A stretch of DNA of 64,000 nucleotides, taken from the NCBI GenBank assembly GCA_951406725.2, contig OX597824.1, forward strand, positions 6,634,001 to 6,698,000, written 5' to 3'. Both the position numbers and the translations under genes were made by a program. A model generated the notes under the pieces. That model was not told the DNA's origin. It did no database searches and saw nothing but the letters and a program-made list of their open reading frames with translations. Source of the DNA: Octopus vulgaris (Eukaryota). Of this stretch, positions 12,357 through 25,280 are shown piece by piece (the first letter of the stretch is position 1; the number at the start of each line of letters is the position of its first letter).

Positions 12357-13793
12357 GTGTGTGTGTGTGTAAATTGTCTCAGTACTTCACTAATATCACA
12401 TTTTATCGACGTCGGGAGGAGGACAAGCAGTCCACGCTCGCCCAGAGAACATCTCGAAAGTTAATAGGCAATTAAAAACATATATTGTGTATGTCAAATA
12501 TTTTATATTATGAGTTGTGAGACTTTATTTATTCTCAATGCACTTAAAAGAGTCATCACCAATAATTAGTTCTTTTTTTTTCCATGTCGTCCCCTTTGTC
12601 AACAAGCAATCCAAAAGTCGTATTGCAAATTAGAAAACGATTTTGTCTGCGTAATTTTGTGAGTTGTTTGGGAATTGTGGATTCATCTCGCGAACCATCT
12701 TAATAATGCCAAACCTGTTGTGGATGATCTCATACGCATAAACACGTCTAATATGACAACAATTTATTCTTTATCAATAGCCAATCATCGGTTCGACACG
12801 GAAATGCCGGATGTTGGCATCAGCAAAGATGTTCGAGATTCCGATTTCTTGGGAGGTGACATTTGTGCATCAATTATCAAAATAATTTTTTCAGTCCATT
12901 CGTTGATACTCGGTACTTGACAAAACACTGTTCCAATACTGTTTTGAATGCTTTAGAAGGCTTTCAACTTCTGGCTTACCTTCAAACTTAAAGTAAACGA
13001 ATCTCGAGATGTTACTCTATTTTGAAGGAAACAGAAAGTAGAGCGGCCGTAAACAGCGCAATAACAACGACAACTTCTTTGAGATTCCAGGTTCCAAACT
13101 GCTCTGTAATGAATAGCGTTTCTTAATATCCGTAGCGGCACAAGCAGCCAGAGCCATATTGGATGAGATCTTGCGGCAGCCATTGTCATCTCCAAGACTG
13201 GAGCGAGACCTCACCTGCATCCATTTGCCATGCGCGAGATCACAACGCGGCTCGTTGTGGAGGAAAACCCTCTTCAAATTTCTCTTCTTCGGCGCCACAA
13301 CACACCAGCACTGGCTGAACAACACCACTGGCTGTGGTTTTCTGCCTGTCTATCTCCAGAGGCAATGCGCCCACACTATCGGAGCTTAAGATGGTAGCTG
13401 AGAGCAGCACACTTCACCTTTCCTGTAAATAAACCAGTTGTAAATAGTAGTTGTACTTGAAGACTTTTCTTTTCGCCTGCCGAAAGCCCGAACTACATAA
13501 AGAACAAGAATGATGGAAGGAGATGATATTCCTCCGACATCATAAACCTTGCCTTCCATTATTAGATATCTATATCCCACGTCCTTCAAAAATTGTTGTA
13601 TTTAATGTATGAAAATTTGTCCTGAAATAATTGGACAAACTCAATGAGAATAGTTGTTTTATTAATTAGTTAAGAAAGATCGTTAGTCTTTTACTCGTTT
13701 CAGTCTCTGTACTGCGGCCATGCTGGAACACTGCCTTGTAAGGTTAGTCGAACAACTCAATCACAGATACTCCATCGGTCTCTATGCCGAACG

Positions 13794-14020
13794 TCGTGCT
13801 GGCAGAAACGTTAGCACGCCGGGCGAAATGCGTAACCGTATTTTGTCTGCCGTTACGTTCTGAGTTCAAATTCCGCCGAGGTCGACTTTACCTTTCGTCC
13901 TTTCGGGATCGATTAAATAAGTACCAGTTACGCACTGGGGTCGATGTAATCGACTTAATCTGTTTGCCTGTCCTTGTTTGTCCCCTCTGTATTTAGCCCC
14001 TTGTGGGTAATAAAGAAATA
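13794..14020 (+). mobile_element. SINE family B nested in a family A copy
   Basis: Perfect 17-bp TSD ggtctctatgccgaacg (13777-93 and 14021-37). Confidence 0.9.
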
Positions 14021-17000
14021 GGTCTCTATGCCGAACGGCTAAATTACAACAACGGAAACAAACCAACAGCAGTTGTCAAGCAGAGCAGGAACAGTGCACA
14101 AAGACACACACAGGCTTCCACATAGTTTCCGCCAAACATACTCACTCCCAAAGAATTGGTCAGCCCAGTTATTTAGTAGACAACACTTGCTCGAGTTGCC
14201 TCGCAGTAGGACTAAACTTGAAACCCTGTGTTTACGAACCAAACAGCATAACCACGCAGCTATCCATACGCATATTCAAATAATTTAATTTGTATTTGTA
14301 ATTTTCTTTTCGCATTTGAGATAGCTTCGGGGGTCATAATTAATACTTTTTAGCAGCCAATTTTCACTTTGAAGATTTCCTTTATTCACATCTAAACATT
14401 TTCTATAGATTAATCCCATTTGACATTGTATACTCCATAGATGTTTGCAATATTAACAAAACATTATCTTACGCTACTGGCATTTTATTAAAACTGTTTT
14501 TAACGGTTTCGATCAATTCGTGCAAATTCCACATCGACATCTGACGCTGTAAAAACTGAATAGAGTCAAAGAAATCCAATACAAAATGGAATTTAGGTTA
14601 AGACTATTTAAAGGGTGACATCATTTTAACTATAGATTCCATCTTCCTTTGACATTGCCTTCGATTTCATTTAGTTCTGTATTCATCATACGAGGCTAGA
14701 CATTATCTGTATAAAAAATGGATAATGCCAAACCTCAGATGATGGACTATCTTCCTTTTAATTTACTGGGAACTGTTCGCCTATAACCGGCGCATATTGT
14801 CCAATAAATTAATTCTTTCAATGACCTTAGTTATATTTCGCTGGTTTCAGTCATTGGACTGCGGTCATTCTGGGGCACCACTTTTAGTATAGTCGAACAA
14901 ATCGATCCAAGTAGGTTCTTTTTTTGCTTTTTTTTAAAGTCTGGTACTTATTTTATTGACATTCTTTTGACGAACTGCAATGTTATGGGGATGTAAATAA
15001 ACCAACAGCAGTTGTCAACCGATGGCGAGGAACACACGCACACATACACATATATATACACACATATACGCGACGTGTTTCTTTCATGTTCCGTACATCA
15101 AATCCACTTACGAGGCTTTGGGAAGATACAGGAAGATATTTGCTAAAGGTGCAGGTCAGTGACTTGAACCCAAGACCACACGATTGGGCAGTAAGCGTCT
15201 TGACCACACAGCCACGCTTACGCCCGCCTAGAACATCCTCCGGATGATATTCTGAATCCCCTTTCTCAGGTCCTCTCTATGTAAAGGTCGTATTCCTATT
15301 TTTCCGTTTAAGTATTTTGCGTGTAAATCCCTTCTGGCCCTTGCTACTGACGCCATAAATAACTATTATTATAAATCGATTAATTTTACAAACTCTATCG
15401 GGGTTCTGGCTCAACCAAAATCAACAAAGAATTGGTGGGGAGTTTTTATTGTGCAAACCATTATTCATTTATATGGAGCCGATTTATCATGACACGGAGA
15501 ATGACTATCAGGAACTAAATAATGGAAACAAAACTGCGATGTCACAACAGCTTTTATTAAAGAAGAAATGCGTAGGAATGTTTTCTCTTCTGTAAAGATT
15601 CTATATTTTGGTGTACATCAAGTACACCACACGATAAGCTTGTAATCCTACCTCTTTGATTTAATGGAATATATTTCAATTTTTCAGTAACCTGTGAACG
15701 AGCTTGCCTTTTTCTCTTAAAATTACCAGCTTTTTCAGCTCTAGCGTTTAGAAGTAGACCATCAAATGTTCTTCCTACAACGTGTTCGACTCTGTCATTG
15801 GGAATCTATGATACGAGCGGTGCTACGTACTTGAAATCCTTTGGAAGTAGAAAATATTAAGCTATGCATCAATTTTCCGAACTTAAAAAAAAAGCTATAA
15901 CATTGTTTTGAAGATCATTTGTAATTTCGGGTTTTGCTTTACACGTTCGAATAATTCGACTTAGCCAACCTCACCTTATTTTAAAACCAAAAACCAGAAG
16001 AAAAAAAAAAGGGAAAACGACGTATCTGTGAAGCTTAATTAAAAGTGGCAGGATGATGTCGCTAAAACGTATAAACATAAAATAAAAACGAGTTGCCAAT
16101 AATCAAACGAGAGATAAGCAAATGTAACAGGTCGAATGGAATCACCTTTATGGTATTGTAGAGATTATTCAGAAACCTTGTGGCATTATCTGTTCCAATG
16201 CAAAAATTATCAGCGAAAGAGTGAGAGAGGACATTTTAAAACCTGTCTTAATATGGCAGTCGAGGTTGGAGGTGCAATCTATTTTCAAAGATCCGTCAAC
16301 CATAAATATGATCTTCCAATTCACAGAGGCAGCAAAAAGACTTAGCAGAAACCATTTGTTATTTATCAGTTTTAGTTTCACCTTTCTACTTGGTTATTAT
16401 ATACAGTAGGCTGAAAGGTTAAGAAGTTGGTGGGCCCATGTTCAAACCTATTCCAAGACCTCTTGAACAAATATCGTTTTTTTTTTTTTGGGGGGGGGGG
16501 TTACAGCTATCAGTCGACCGATACCTTGCGAGTGAAAATTCTTTTCTACTCTAGGCACAAGGCCCGGAATTTTGGGTGAGGAGGCCAGTCGATTAGATCG
16601 ACCCCAATACGCAACTGGTACTTAATCTATCGACCCCGAAAGGATGAAAGGCAAAGTCGACCTCGGCGGAATTTGAACTCAGAACGTAACGGCAGACGAA
16701 ATACCTGTTTCTTTACTACCCACAAGGGGATAAACACAGAGAGGACAAACAAGGACAGACAAACGGATTAAATCGATTATATCGACTCCAGTGCGTAACT
16801 GGTACTTATTTAATCGACCACGAAAGGCAAAGTCGACCTCGGCGGAATTTGAACTCAGAACGTAACGGCAGACGAAATACGGTTACGCATTTCTTGTATT
16901 TAATACTTCTTAAATATGAAGCTATATCAGGGACGGATCCAAGTGGAGTGCTGAGGGGCAAATGTCTCCTTCAAGAAAAGAAATGCGCCCTTCTACATAA

Positions 17001-18054
17001 TGTTAGTACGTCCTTTTCTCCTAGAATTGTATTCCCTTCTTACCTTGTGTCCTCCTTTTGTAAAGTTCCTGGGACCGTGCCTGAATTTCATGGCTTACCA
17101 GTTTTACACGAACGTTTATAGTAATTAAAGAAATAAAATTAAATAACTATTCTCGGACAATTAGTATAATCGTCAACTAACACAGTTAATTCAAGTTCTT
17201 AGAAGGGCCAAAACCATACGAGAGGAGCTGCCAATGTAGTCCTACCAAAGGAAGAAAAAGGGAAACAAAAAAAAAAACAATTTGATTCAATGGACCAACG
17301 ATGGCGCACCGCGTGGCCACAGGACATGCAAGAAATAGCAATCAAATCTCCCTTAAGCTACACTATTGTCTTAAAAACATTTGGTAAACTTTGTTTAACG
17401 TAGTCTTATATAAACTGTGTTTGAAAATGATAATACGGGATGGCCATGATCAGAATGCTTTAGATCATAAAGTGTTGCTTAATCAGAGTAGACTTGGGGT
17501 TAAACACAGAGCAAAAAAATATGCCTGAATCAAATATTTTGAATATCCATTATTTTCTTCCTTTAATACCGCCTTTTTACGACCGACATGTTGATGTACA
17601 ACATCTGGCATTGAACATAAGAATACTTCTTCCTTAAACGTGGATGTTATAGAATCAATACGCTGTCAATAGAAATTCCGATTAGCCAAAATAGAAAGAT
17701 TATGGTATCGCATAGGTTCTATGTTTACATTTGCATTCATATACAATGAATAAACATGTGAGATTCTGTGTTTAATACACGAAGGAATCATGCTATAAGG
17801 CTCTCACACGTACGAAGCAAAACCAAACCTGTCTTTTTCTTTCTTTCTTTCCTTCTTTCTTAGTTTCTTTCCTTCTTCCCATAAACCACTGAACACACAT
17901 ACACACGTATGTATGTATGTATGTATTATGTATGTATGTATGTATTCACACATACATATATACATATATGTACACATATGTGTGTGTGAGTGTATATATA
18001 TATATATATATATAGATATATATGAATATATACGTATAAGTGTGTATATATATA

Positions 18055-18096
<42 letters not shown>

Positions 18097-18193
18097 TACC
18101 TATATATAGGTATGCAAAAATATACGCATACATCATATGTACATATGTATTCATATATACATATATAAATATACACAATCACGCACACGCATA

Positions 18194-18255
<62 letters not shown>

Positions 18256-18266
18256 TACGATGTGTG

Positions 18267-18395
18267 AAGGCACGCGTGGTATTGTGGTTAAGAGTGTTGC
18301 ACTCTAACGATTGTGAGATCGTGGGTTCGATTCCCGGACCGGTTGGGTGTTGTGTTCTTGGTCCAGTCCACTCAGCTGCAAATGGGTCACTCGTT
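18267..18395 (+). mobile_element. tRNA-derived SINE head fragment
   Basis: gtggtattgtggttaagagtgtt...gtgggttcgattcccggacc followed by gtccagtccactcagctgcaaatggg. Confidence 0.65.
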
Positions 18396-18399
18396 AGCA

Positions 18400-19290
18400 G
18401 TTTGAATATTTTGCTGAGTAACACCATAGGAAAAAGTGTCACTTTTGTGTTTCAAAATATTTTCATCTCTCTCTCAGGCTAAGTCCTGATATTTCCAAAC
18501 TTTTTTACATTTTTATATCCATTCATATGGTATTGTATCGTGTGTTATTACACTTATTTTTATTGTTGCTCTCTACACCATTGCTCCAATAGAAGGCCTG
18601 TCTTCGGAGAAAGCCAATAAAATCCTGTAATAATTATTCACCTCCAAAACCTCTGATTTGTGTTCTTATCCCTTTGAATCCACAATCTTGGTTAATATTC
18701 CAATATATCCTTTTACCGACACCCGCATGCCTGCGCTTACATACTTTTTGCGTTATTTTATTGCAATCACTTAAGAAACGGTTAATACTTTCGTCTCCTT
18801 TTCTACAGATTCTGTATTTGCTCTCTGGCTAAGTTTTATCAATCTCATCAAATTCGTTTTTAACTGCTTATTCCTGGGTGGCCATAATTAATGATTTAGT
18901 TTCTTGTTTTCGTCTTTCATCCAGAACCAGCATTTTTTAAAATTCGGTTTGTTACATGAATTGACCATATAATTCCTTCTCTGCTCAACTATTTGCCCGG
19001 TGACGTTTGGATATTTCTGGCCGCAGACAATATCCTTCCTTCATTATGTACAACATGGTATTTCAAACCCAATATCGCAGTACTGATGGTGTTTTCTGTA
19101 TTTAACAAATGCTTGCTTGCTTCCTTTCTTGTTAAGGTAGAACCTGTTGAACAAACCTTTGCAGAGACGTGCATTGTGCATTCTAAGCAGCTTCTTAATT
19201 CTAAATCCTATCGCCCTGTCTTTATCATTACTGTTGTTATTGTTGTTATGCTATTTCAATAAGATGCATCCTATTTGCATTAATTCTTCG
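18400..19290 (-). mobile_element. Old, heavily decayed R4/Dong-like fragment
   Basis: Broken frames give ELYGQF, KQETKSLIMATQE, YRICRKGDESINRFLSDC..KRRHAGVGKRIYW and GKYQDLA. Confidence 0.7.
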
Positions 19291-19922
19291 CATGTTTAAC
19301 CTTCTGATGCTCTCTATAGATTCACCTCTTCCAACACCACCACTACAACTATTACCACCACTACTACCACCTCTACCAGTCCCTACCACTACACACGACA
19401 CTTCTACATACACATACTTTTATCTATGCAAATGTATACACAAATACTTTCATTCTTGCAATAAAACATACAGTAAAACAGGCACAAACATGCACATGTA
19501 TAAATAAACATAAGTACAAACATATATATATATATGCATGTATGCATGTATATAGAAATTCACGCATAAATCTGAAGGCATTCATACAAAATACAAAAAC
19601 CACTCAGAGTCTATTCTCTCCTCTGATGCTGTTGCGAACATTGTATCACGAGAACAATATGGAAACAATATGGAAAATATACCATTAGAATTACTGAAAT
19701 GCTATTAACATCAAGTTTTAAAAATCAATGTAAACTTGAATACTGCACCAGATGCTCCCTATTAAAATACATCTCTTAACACAGTTACATAACACAGATT
19801 GTTTTTTTCTTCTTACTCAGGGTCGTAATGTATACATCATTCTGAGATAAATCAATGAAGAGAAGACCGTATAACCTTCAATGGTATTTGGAGAAATGGC
19901 TCCAAGAAATACCAAGCCATTT

Positions 19923-20006
19923 GCGCCAGGATATGTTTCAGCCAGTAACAACAGGGTAGTTTCTGGGGTTTAAAAGTATGACTTAAAAGACTTCATCAGA
20001 CGGTGC
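19923..20006 (-). ncRNA. Degenerate type-I hammerhead-like motif with long stem II insert
   Basis: gcaccgt-CTGATGA-agtc..(~45 nt)..ggct-GAAA-cata-TC-ctggcgc. Stem II closes with agtc/ggct and helix I pairs at about 5 of 7 positions. Confidence 0.45.
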
Positions 20007-21006
20007 TATTTAGTTAGATATCCCCTGGGCCGATACTGACTGAAACTTGTATAAGTTTATACATACACATGTATACATATAAATATGCATACATTTATAC
20101 ATAGATACATATACATCCACACATGGGCAATACCAACACAAACAAATCCTAAATAGCCCCTGAGGGGCTATTTTGGCTTAAGCAAAAGAACTTGGCCAGT
20201 TTGTGACTAGTTTAAATTCTACAAAAGAAACAGATTTAAAATATTTCAAAGAAATTTCACACATAAGTTTCCATCTACCAAATCCACTCACAAGGCTTTG
20301 GTTGGCCTGAAGGTATAGTTGAAGACACTTGCCCAAGGTGCCATGCAGTGGGACTGAACCCAGAACCATGTGGCTGGTAAGCAAGCTACTTACCACACAG
20401 CCACTCCTATGAATATGTATGTGCATGGTGGTGTCTTTGTGTCTGAGTCTGCCCCCACCACCATCACCACCACATAACAATCAATGCTGGAGTGCTTATG
20501 TTACCATAACATAGTGGTTCTGCAAAAGCAACCGATAAAATAAGTAGCAGGGGTCAATTAGTTCGACAAAAACTCCTTCAAGGCGGTGCCCCAGCATGGC
20601 CACAGTCAAGTGACTGCAACAAGATTAAAAATGAAAGATAACAGACACACACATATACATATTCATGAAATGCAGTTCAAATGAAACACAGCCTGATAGA
20701 GAAGCTGAAATTTTTTGAAAGCCAGTAAAATACAAATTTGAAAGAAAGGAACAGAAAACAGGACAAAACAAGAGTTTACACTTTACCTTACAATAAGAAG
20801 ACACAACAACGGTGAAAGCTTTACTTTACGTTTTGATATTTCAGAGATAAGACTCCTTTGTCTTTTGACATCGTGAACTATTGTTTTGTGAACCATTCTT
20901 CGGGTTTTCCACTCTTGTATTTCAAATTTGCATTGTACTGGTTTTCAAACAATTTTCTATATGTTTTCACATTTATACTTATACACACGCATTCACAAAT
21001 TTGTAT

Positions 21007-21045
<39 letters not shown>

Positions 21046-21415
21046 CATGTTATGCATAGAGCCTAATGAAAATACAAGGGTGATGGAGTAAATTCTTATT
21101 AAAATCAACATTTCCATATCGACAGGAAATACAAGAATTGTGATATCTTTCAGCTTGTGTTCCGAGAATTTGAAATGAAAAATACATCTCTATGTCAAAT
21201 CTGATTAATTACAAAACATGTGTTTGCCATGTACTTGTATATCTACCAACACAGACATGCACACACATACACATCTATACCTATCTCTCTCTATATATAT
21301 ATCTGCATGTCTATTTATATCTATCTATCCATCTCTTTCTCTCTAATATATATATATATATGTATATATATATAAGGTAGCAGGTTCTTGGCGAAGCTGT
21401 ATATGATTATTTAAA

Positions 21416-21457
<42 letters not shown>

Positions 21458-21564
21458 TATCAAGACAGACATGCACACACACATACACAATCTGTCTATC
21501 TATCTATCTATCTATATATATATATATCTGCCTGTCTATCTATATGTATCTATACATCTTTCTC

Positions 21565-21604
<40 letters not shown>

Positions 21605-21647
21605 GTCTGTCTGTCTATCCATAACTATCTATTCATCTCTCTCTCTC

Positions 21648-21689
<42 letters not shown>

Positions 21690-21877
21690 GATTCGTAAAT
21701 GGTACTTTTAGAATGAAATATCTCAATGTCGCAATATTAAAATATTCTTTTCTTTCATGGAAGTGAAAAAAAAACCAAATATTTTGCATTTCATTTTTTC
21801 ACACTGAAATATAATAAAATATTTCTGAGCATCGTTATTAAAGACGACAATGGTACATTTGAGTCTCAAGTTTTGCT

Positions 21878-22080
21878 TCACACACACACACACACACACG
21901 CACACACACACACACACACAGACACACACACACAAACATACAGACACACACACACACATACTCACACACACACACACAGACACACACTCACACATACACA
22001 GACACACACTCACACACACACAGACACACACACACACAAACATACAGACACACACACACATACTCACACACACACACATA

Positions 22081-22116
<36 letters not shown>

Positions 22117-22476
22117 CACACACACACACAGACACACACACACACTCACACATACACAGACACACACTCACACACACACACACACACAGACACACACTCA
22201 CACATACACAGACACACACTCACACACACACACACACAGACACACACTCACACATACACAGACACACACTCACACACACACACACACACACAGACACACA
22301 CACACACACACACATACAGACACACACACACATACTCACACACACACACATACTCACACACACACACATGCACACACACACAGACACACACTCACACATA
22401 CACAGACACACACGCACACAAACACAGCCACACACAGACACACACACACACAAACATACAGACACACACACACATA

Positions 22477-22513
<37 letters not shown>

Positions 22514-22528
22514 ACACACACACACATG

Positions 22529-22559
<31 letters not shown>

Positions 22560-22681
22560 ATACACAGACACACACGCACACAAACACACACACACACACA
22601 CACACATGCACACACACACACAGAAACACACACACACAGAGACACACACACACTCACACACACATACACTCACACACACAC
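21878..22681. repeat. Compound (CA)n microsatellite, ~800 bp
   Basis: Continuous CA repeats with recurring cactcacacatacacaga interruptions. Confidence 0.97.
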
Positions 22682-23004
22682 TCCTACCTACCTCTTCTAC
22701 CAAAGGAAATCAAAACAAACTGCAAAGAACGGAACATGGCCTACTTCACATTATTACAAGCTGAAAAACAGACAAAGAAGAAAAAACTACTATAAGTGTG
22801 TATATAAGAGGGAATTTTTGTAATTGCAATGAGCATCAATCGTCTTGTCTCCCCCACTCTGTCCACAGCCACACCCCCAAACAAATCCAGACTTCTGCAA
22901 CACTTCAGAAGGTTATATTAACATCTTAAAAGTACTATTTTTTGTCTCCAGTTAATGTAGTTAAGATACAAAAATATCAAAAAATATCAAAAAATATCAA
23001 AAAA

Positions 23005-23400
23005 TATCAAGCACATGACCAGCGGTGCTTGAGGAGACCTGTTGAGTCAAGTACTTTAACATCAAAATATAAATCAAATGGAAATTGTAGTTGTGATACC
23101 TGTGCCGGCATCCAAACGAGGCCAATGCCAGCACCGCCTTGACTGGCTTCTGTGCCGGTAGCACGTGAAAAGCACCAACCGATCGTGGCTGCTGCCAGCC
23201 TCCCCTGACACCTGTGCCAGAGGCACGTAAAAAGCACCCCCTACACTCTCAGAGTGGTTGGCGTTAGGAAGGGCATCCAGCTGTAGAAACACTGCCAGAT
23301 CGGACTGGAGCCTGATGAAGCCTTCTGGCTTCCCAGATCCCCGGTCGAACCGTCCAACCCATGCTAGCATGGAAAACGGACGTTAAACAATGATGATGAC
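23005..23400 (+). mobile_element. SINE family C (tggttggcgttaggaagggcatccag core, (GAT)n tail)
   Basis: Recurs near 10880-11050, 25290-25715, 33735-33925, 42740-42955(-), 45325-45600(-), 46040-46350(-) and 49335-49480(-). Confidence 0.8.
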
Positions 23401-23728
23401 AGAAATAGTTGCAGCATCAACAGGTTTGTTAACCTCACCTGATAAGTGCAGCAGATTGGCAATGGCTAAATTCTGATTGACTGAAGCTTGCCTCACACTG
23501 CTATGACCAGCATCAAAGCCTGCTGGTGTCTTAAGATGAGATGTATCCAGTATACTCTGCAAAAGGTTTGGTGCTGTTAGGAAGGGCATCCATCCATAAA
23601 AACTGAGCCAAAATTGAACTTTCAAGTACAATGTAGTCTTCTGAGTTGTTCAGAGGAACAGTAACAACTTGTTCAATCATGAAAAGCAGTTGTGAAACAA
23701 AATAGATAATGGTTATGATGATGGTTAT

Positions 23729-24304
23729 AAGGCGGCGAGCTGGCAGAAATGTTAGCACGCCGGGCGAAATGCTTAGCGGTATTTCGTCTGCCATTACGTT
23801 CTGAGTTCAAATTCCACTGAGGTCGACTTTGCCTTTCATCCTTTCGGGGTCGATTAAATAAGTACCAGTTACGCACTGGGGTCGATATAATCGACTTAAT
23901 CTGTTCATCTGTCCTCTCTGTGTTTAGCCCCTTGTGGGTAGTAAAGAAATAGGTATTTCGTCTGTCTTTACGTTCTGAGTTCAAATTGTGACGAGGTCGA
24001 CTTTGCCTTTCATCCTTTCGGGGTCGATTAAACAAGTACCAGTTACACACAGGGGTCAATAAAATCGACTTAATCCGTTTGTCTGTTCTTGTTTGTCCCC
24101 TTGTGGGTAGTAAAGAAATAGGTATTTCGTCTGTCTTTACGTTCTGAGTTCAAATTGTGACGAGGTCGACTTTGCCCTTCATCCTTTCAGGGTCGATTAA
24201 ATAAGTACCAGTTACGCACTGGGGTTAATGTAACAGACTTAATCTGTTTGTCTGTCCTTGTTTGTCCTCTCTGTGTTTAGCCCCTTGTGGGTAGTAAAGA
24301 AATA
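23729..24304 (+). mobile_element. Triple tandem array of SINE family B
   Basis: One full unit plus two units starting at ggtatttcgtctg. Flanking direct repeat ggttatgatgatg. Confidence 0.88.
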
Positions 24305-24739
24305 GGTTATGATGATGATACAGAAAAATGCTGGGGAATATGGTGAGAATGAAACACGCCCGGATTAAGACACCACACTCTTATGATTCATTATTAAATG
24401 TTAGGAAATAAAACATGTTGTTCAGATAGCTTGTACATACTTGTTTGATCAACAATTTGTATGCTGTAATACTGTTTGACCAGAGATGGCTTGGAGGTGA
24501 GGACACAATATAGTAATAACAGTTTTGCTAATGAAAGAGACCATTCGATTTTCTGTGCAGCATTCTCAGCATAAAAGAACAAATTCAATATATTCACTAA
24601 AAATTACTAACCACACTTGCATTTGAAAATGACAATTTTCTTTTAAAACAAAAACAACATTCTTATTAAAAACAATTTATATGACGCAATTTTTTGCAAA
24701 CATTTTTTTTTTTGCTTTTTGGATCTTGATCAATAAATA

Positions 24740-25280
24740 GGTGCAGGAGTAGCTTGCTTACCAACCACATGGTTCTGGGTTCAGTCCCACTGCGTAGCAC
24801 CTTGGGCAAGTGTCTTCTACTTGGGCCGACCAAATCCTTGGGCCGACCAAAGCCTTGGGCCGACCAAATCCTTGTGAGTGGATTTGGTAGACAGAAACTG
24901 AAAGAAGCCCATCATTATATATATATATTATATATATGTGTGTGTGTGCAGGAGTGGCTGTGTGGTAAGTAGCTTGCTTACCAACCACATGGTTCTGGGT
25001 TCAGTCCCACTGCGTGGCACCTTGGGCAAGTGTCTTCTACTATAGCCTCGGGCCAACCAAAGCCTTGTGAATGGATTTGGCAAACGGAAACTGAAAGAAG
25101 CCCATCGTATATATGTATATATGTGTGTGTATATGTTTGTGTATCTGTTTGTTTCCCCAACATCACTTGACAACCGATGGTGTGTTTATGTCCCCGTAAC
25201 TTAGCGGTTCGGCAAAAGAGACTGATAGAATAAGTACTAGGCTTACGAAGAGTAAGTCCTGGGTTCAATTTCCTCAACTA
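24740..25280 (+). mobile_element. SINE family A with duplicated head
   Basis: Two consecutive heads (24740-24915 and 24946 onward). The first contains a triplicated ttgggccgaccaaa. Confidence 0.85.

Noticed and set aside
16131-16409. Plus-strand open frame of about 92 codons (VEWNHLYG...)
   Set aside because: It has no recognisable motif, the acceptor is purine-rich, and overlapping frames are equally open.
21723-22823. Long His/Thr- or Cys/Val-rich ORFs, and all the YI/IY-rich ORFs at 26-35 kb and 51-60 kb
   Set aside because: These are translations of (CA)n and (TA)n microsatellites, which lack stop codons.
23305-23335. CTGATGA-agcc/ggct hairpin
   Set aside because: It is a point-mutated version of SINE family C (ctggtgcagcc) and has no GAAA.
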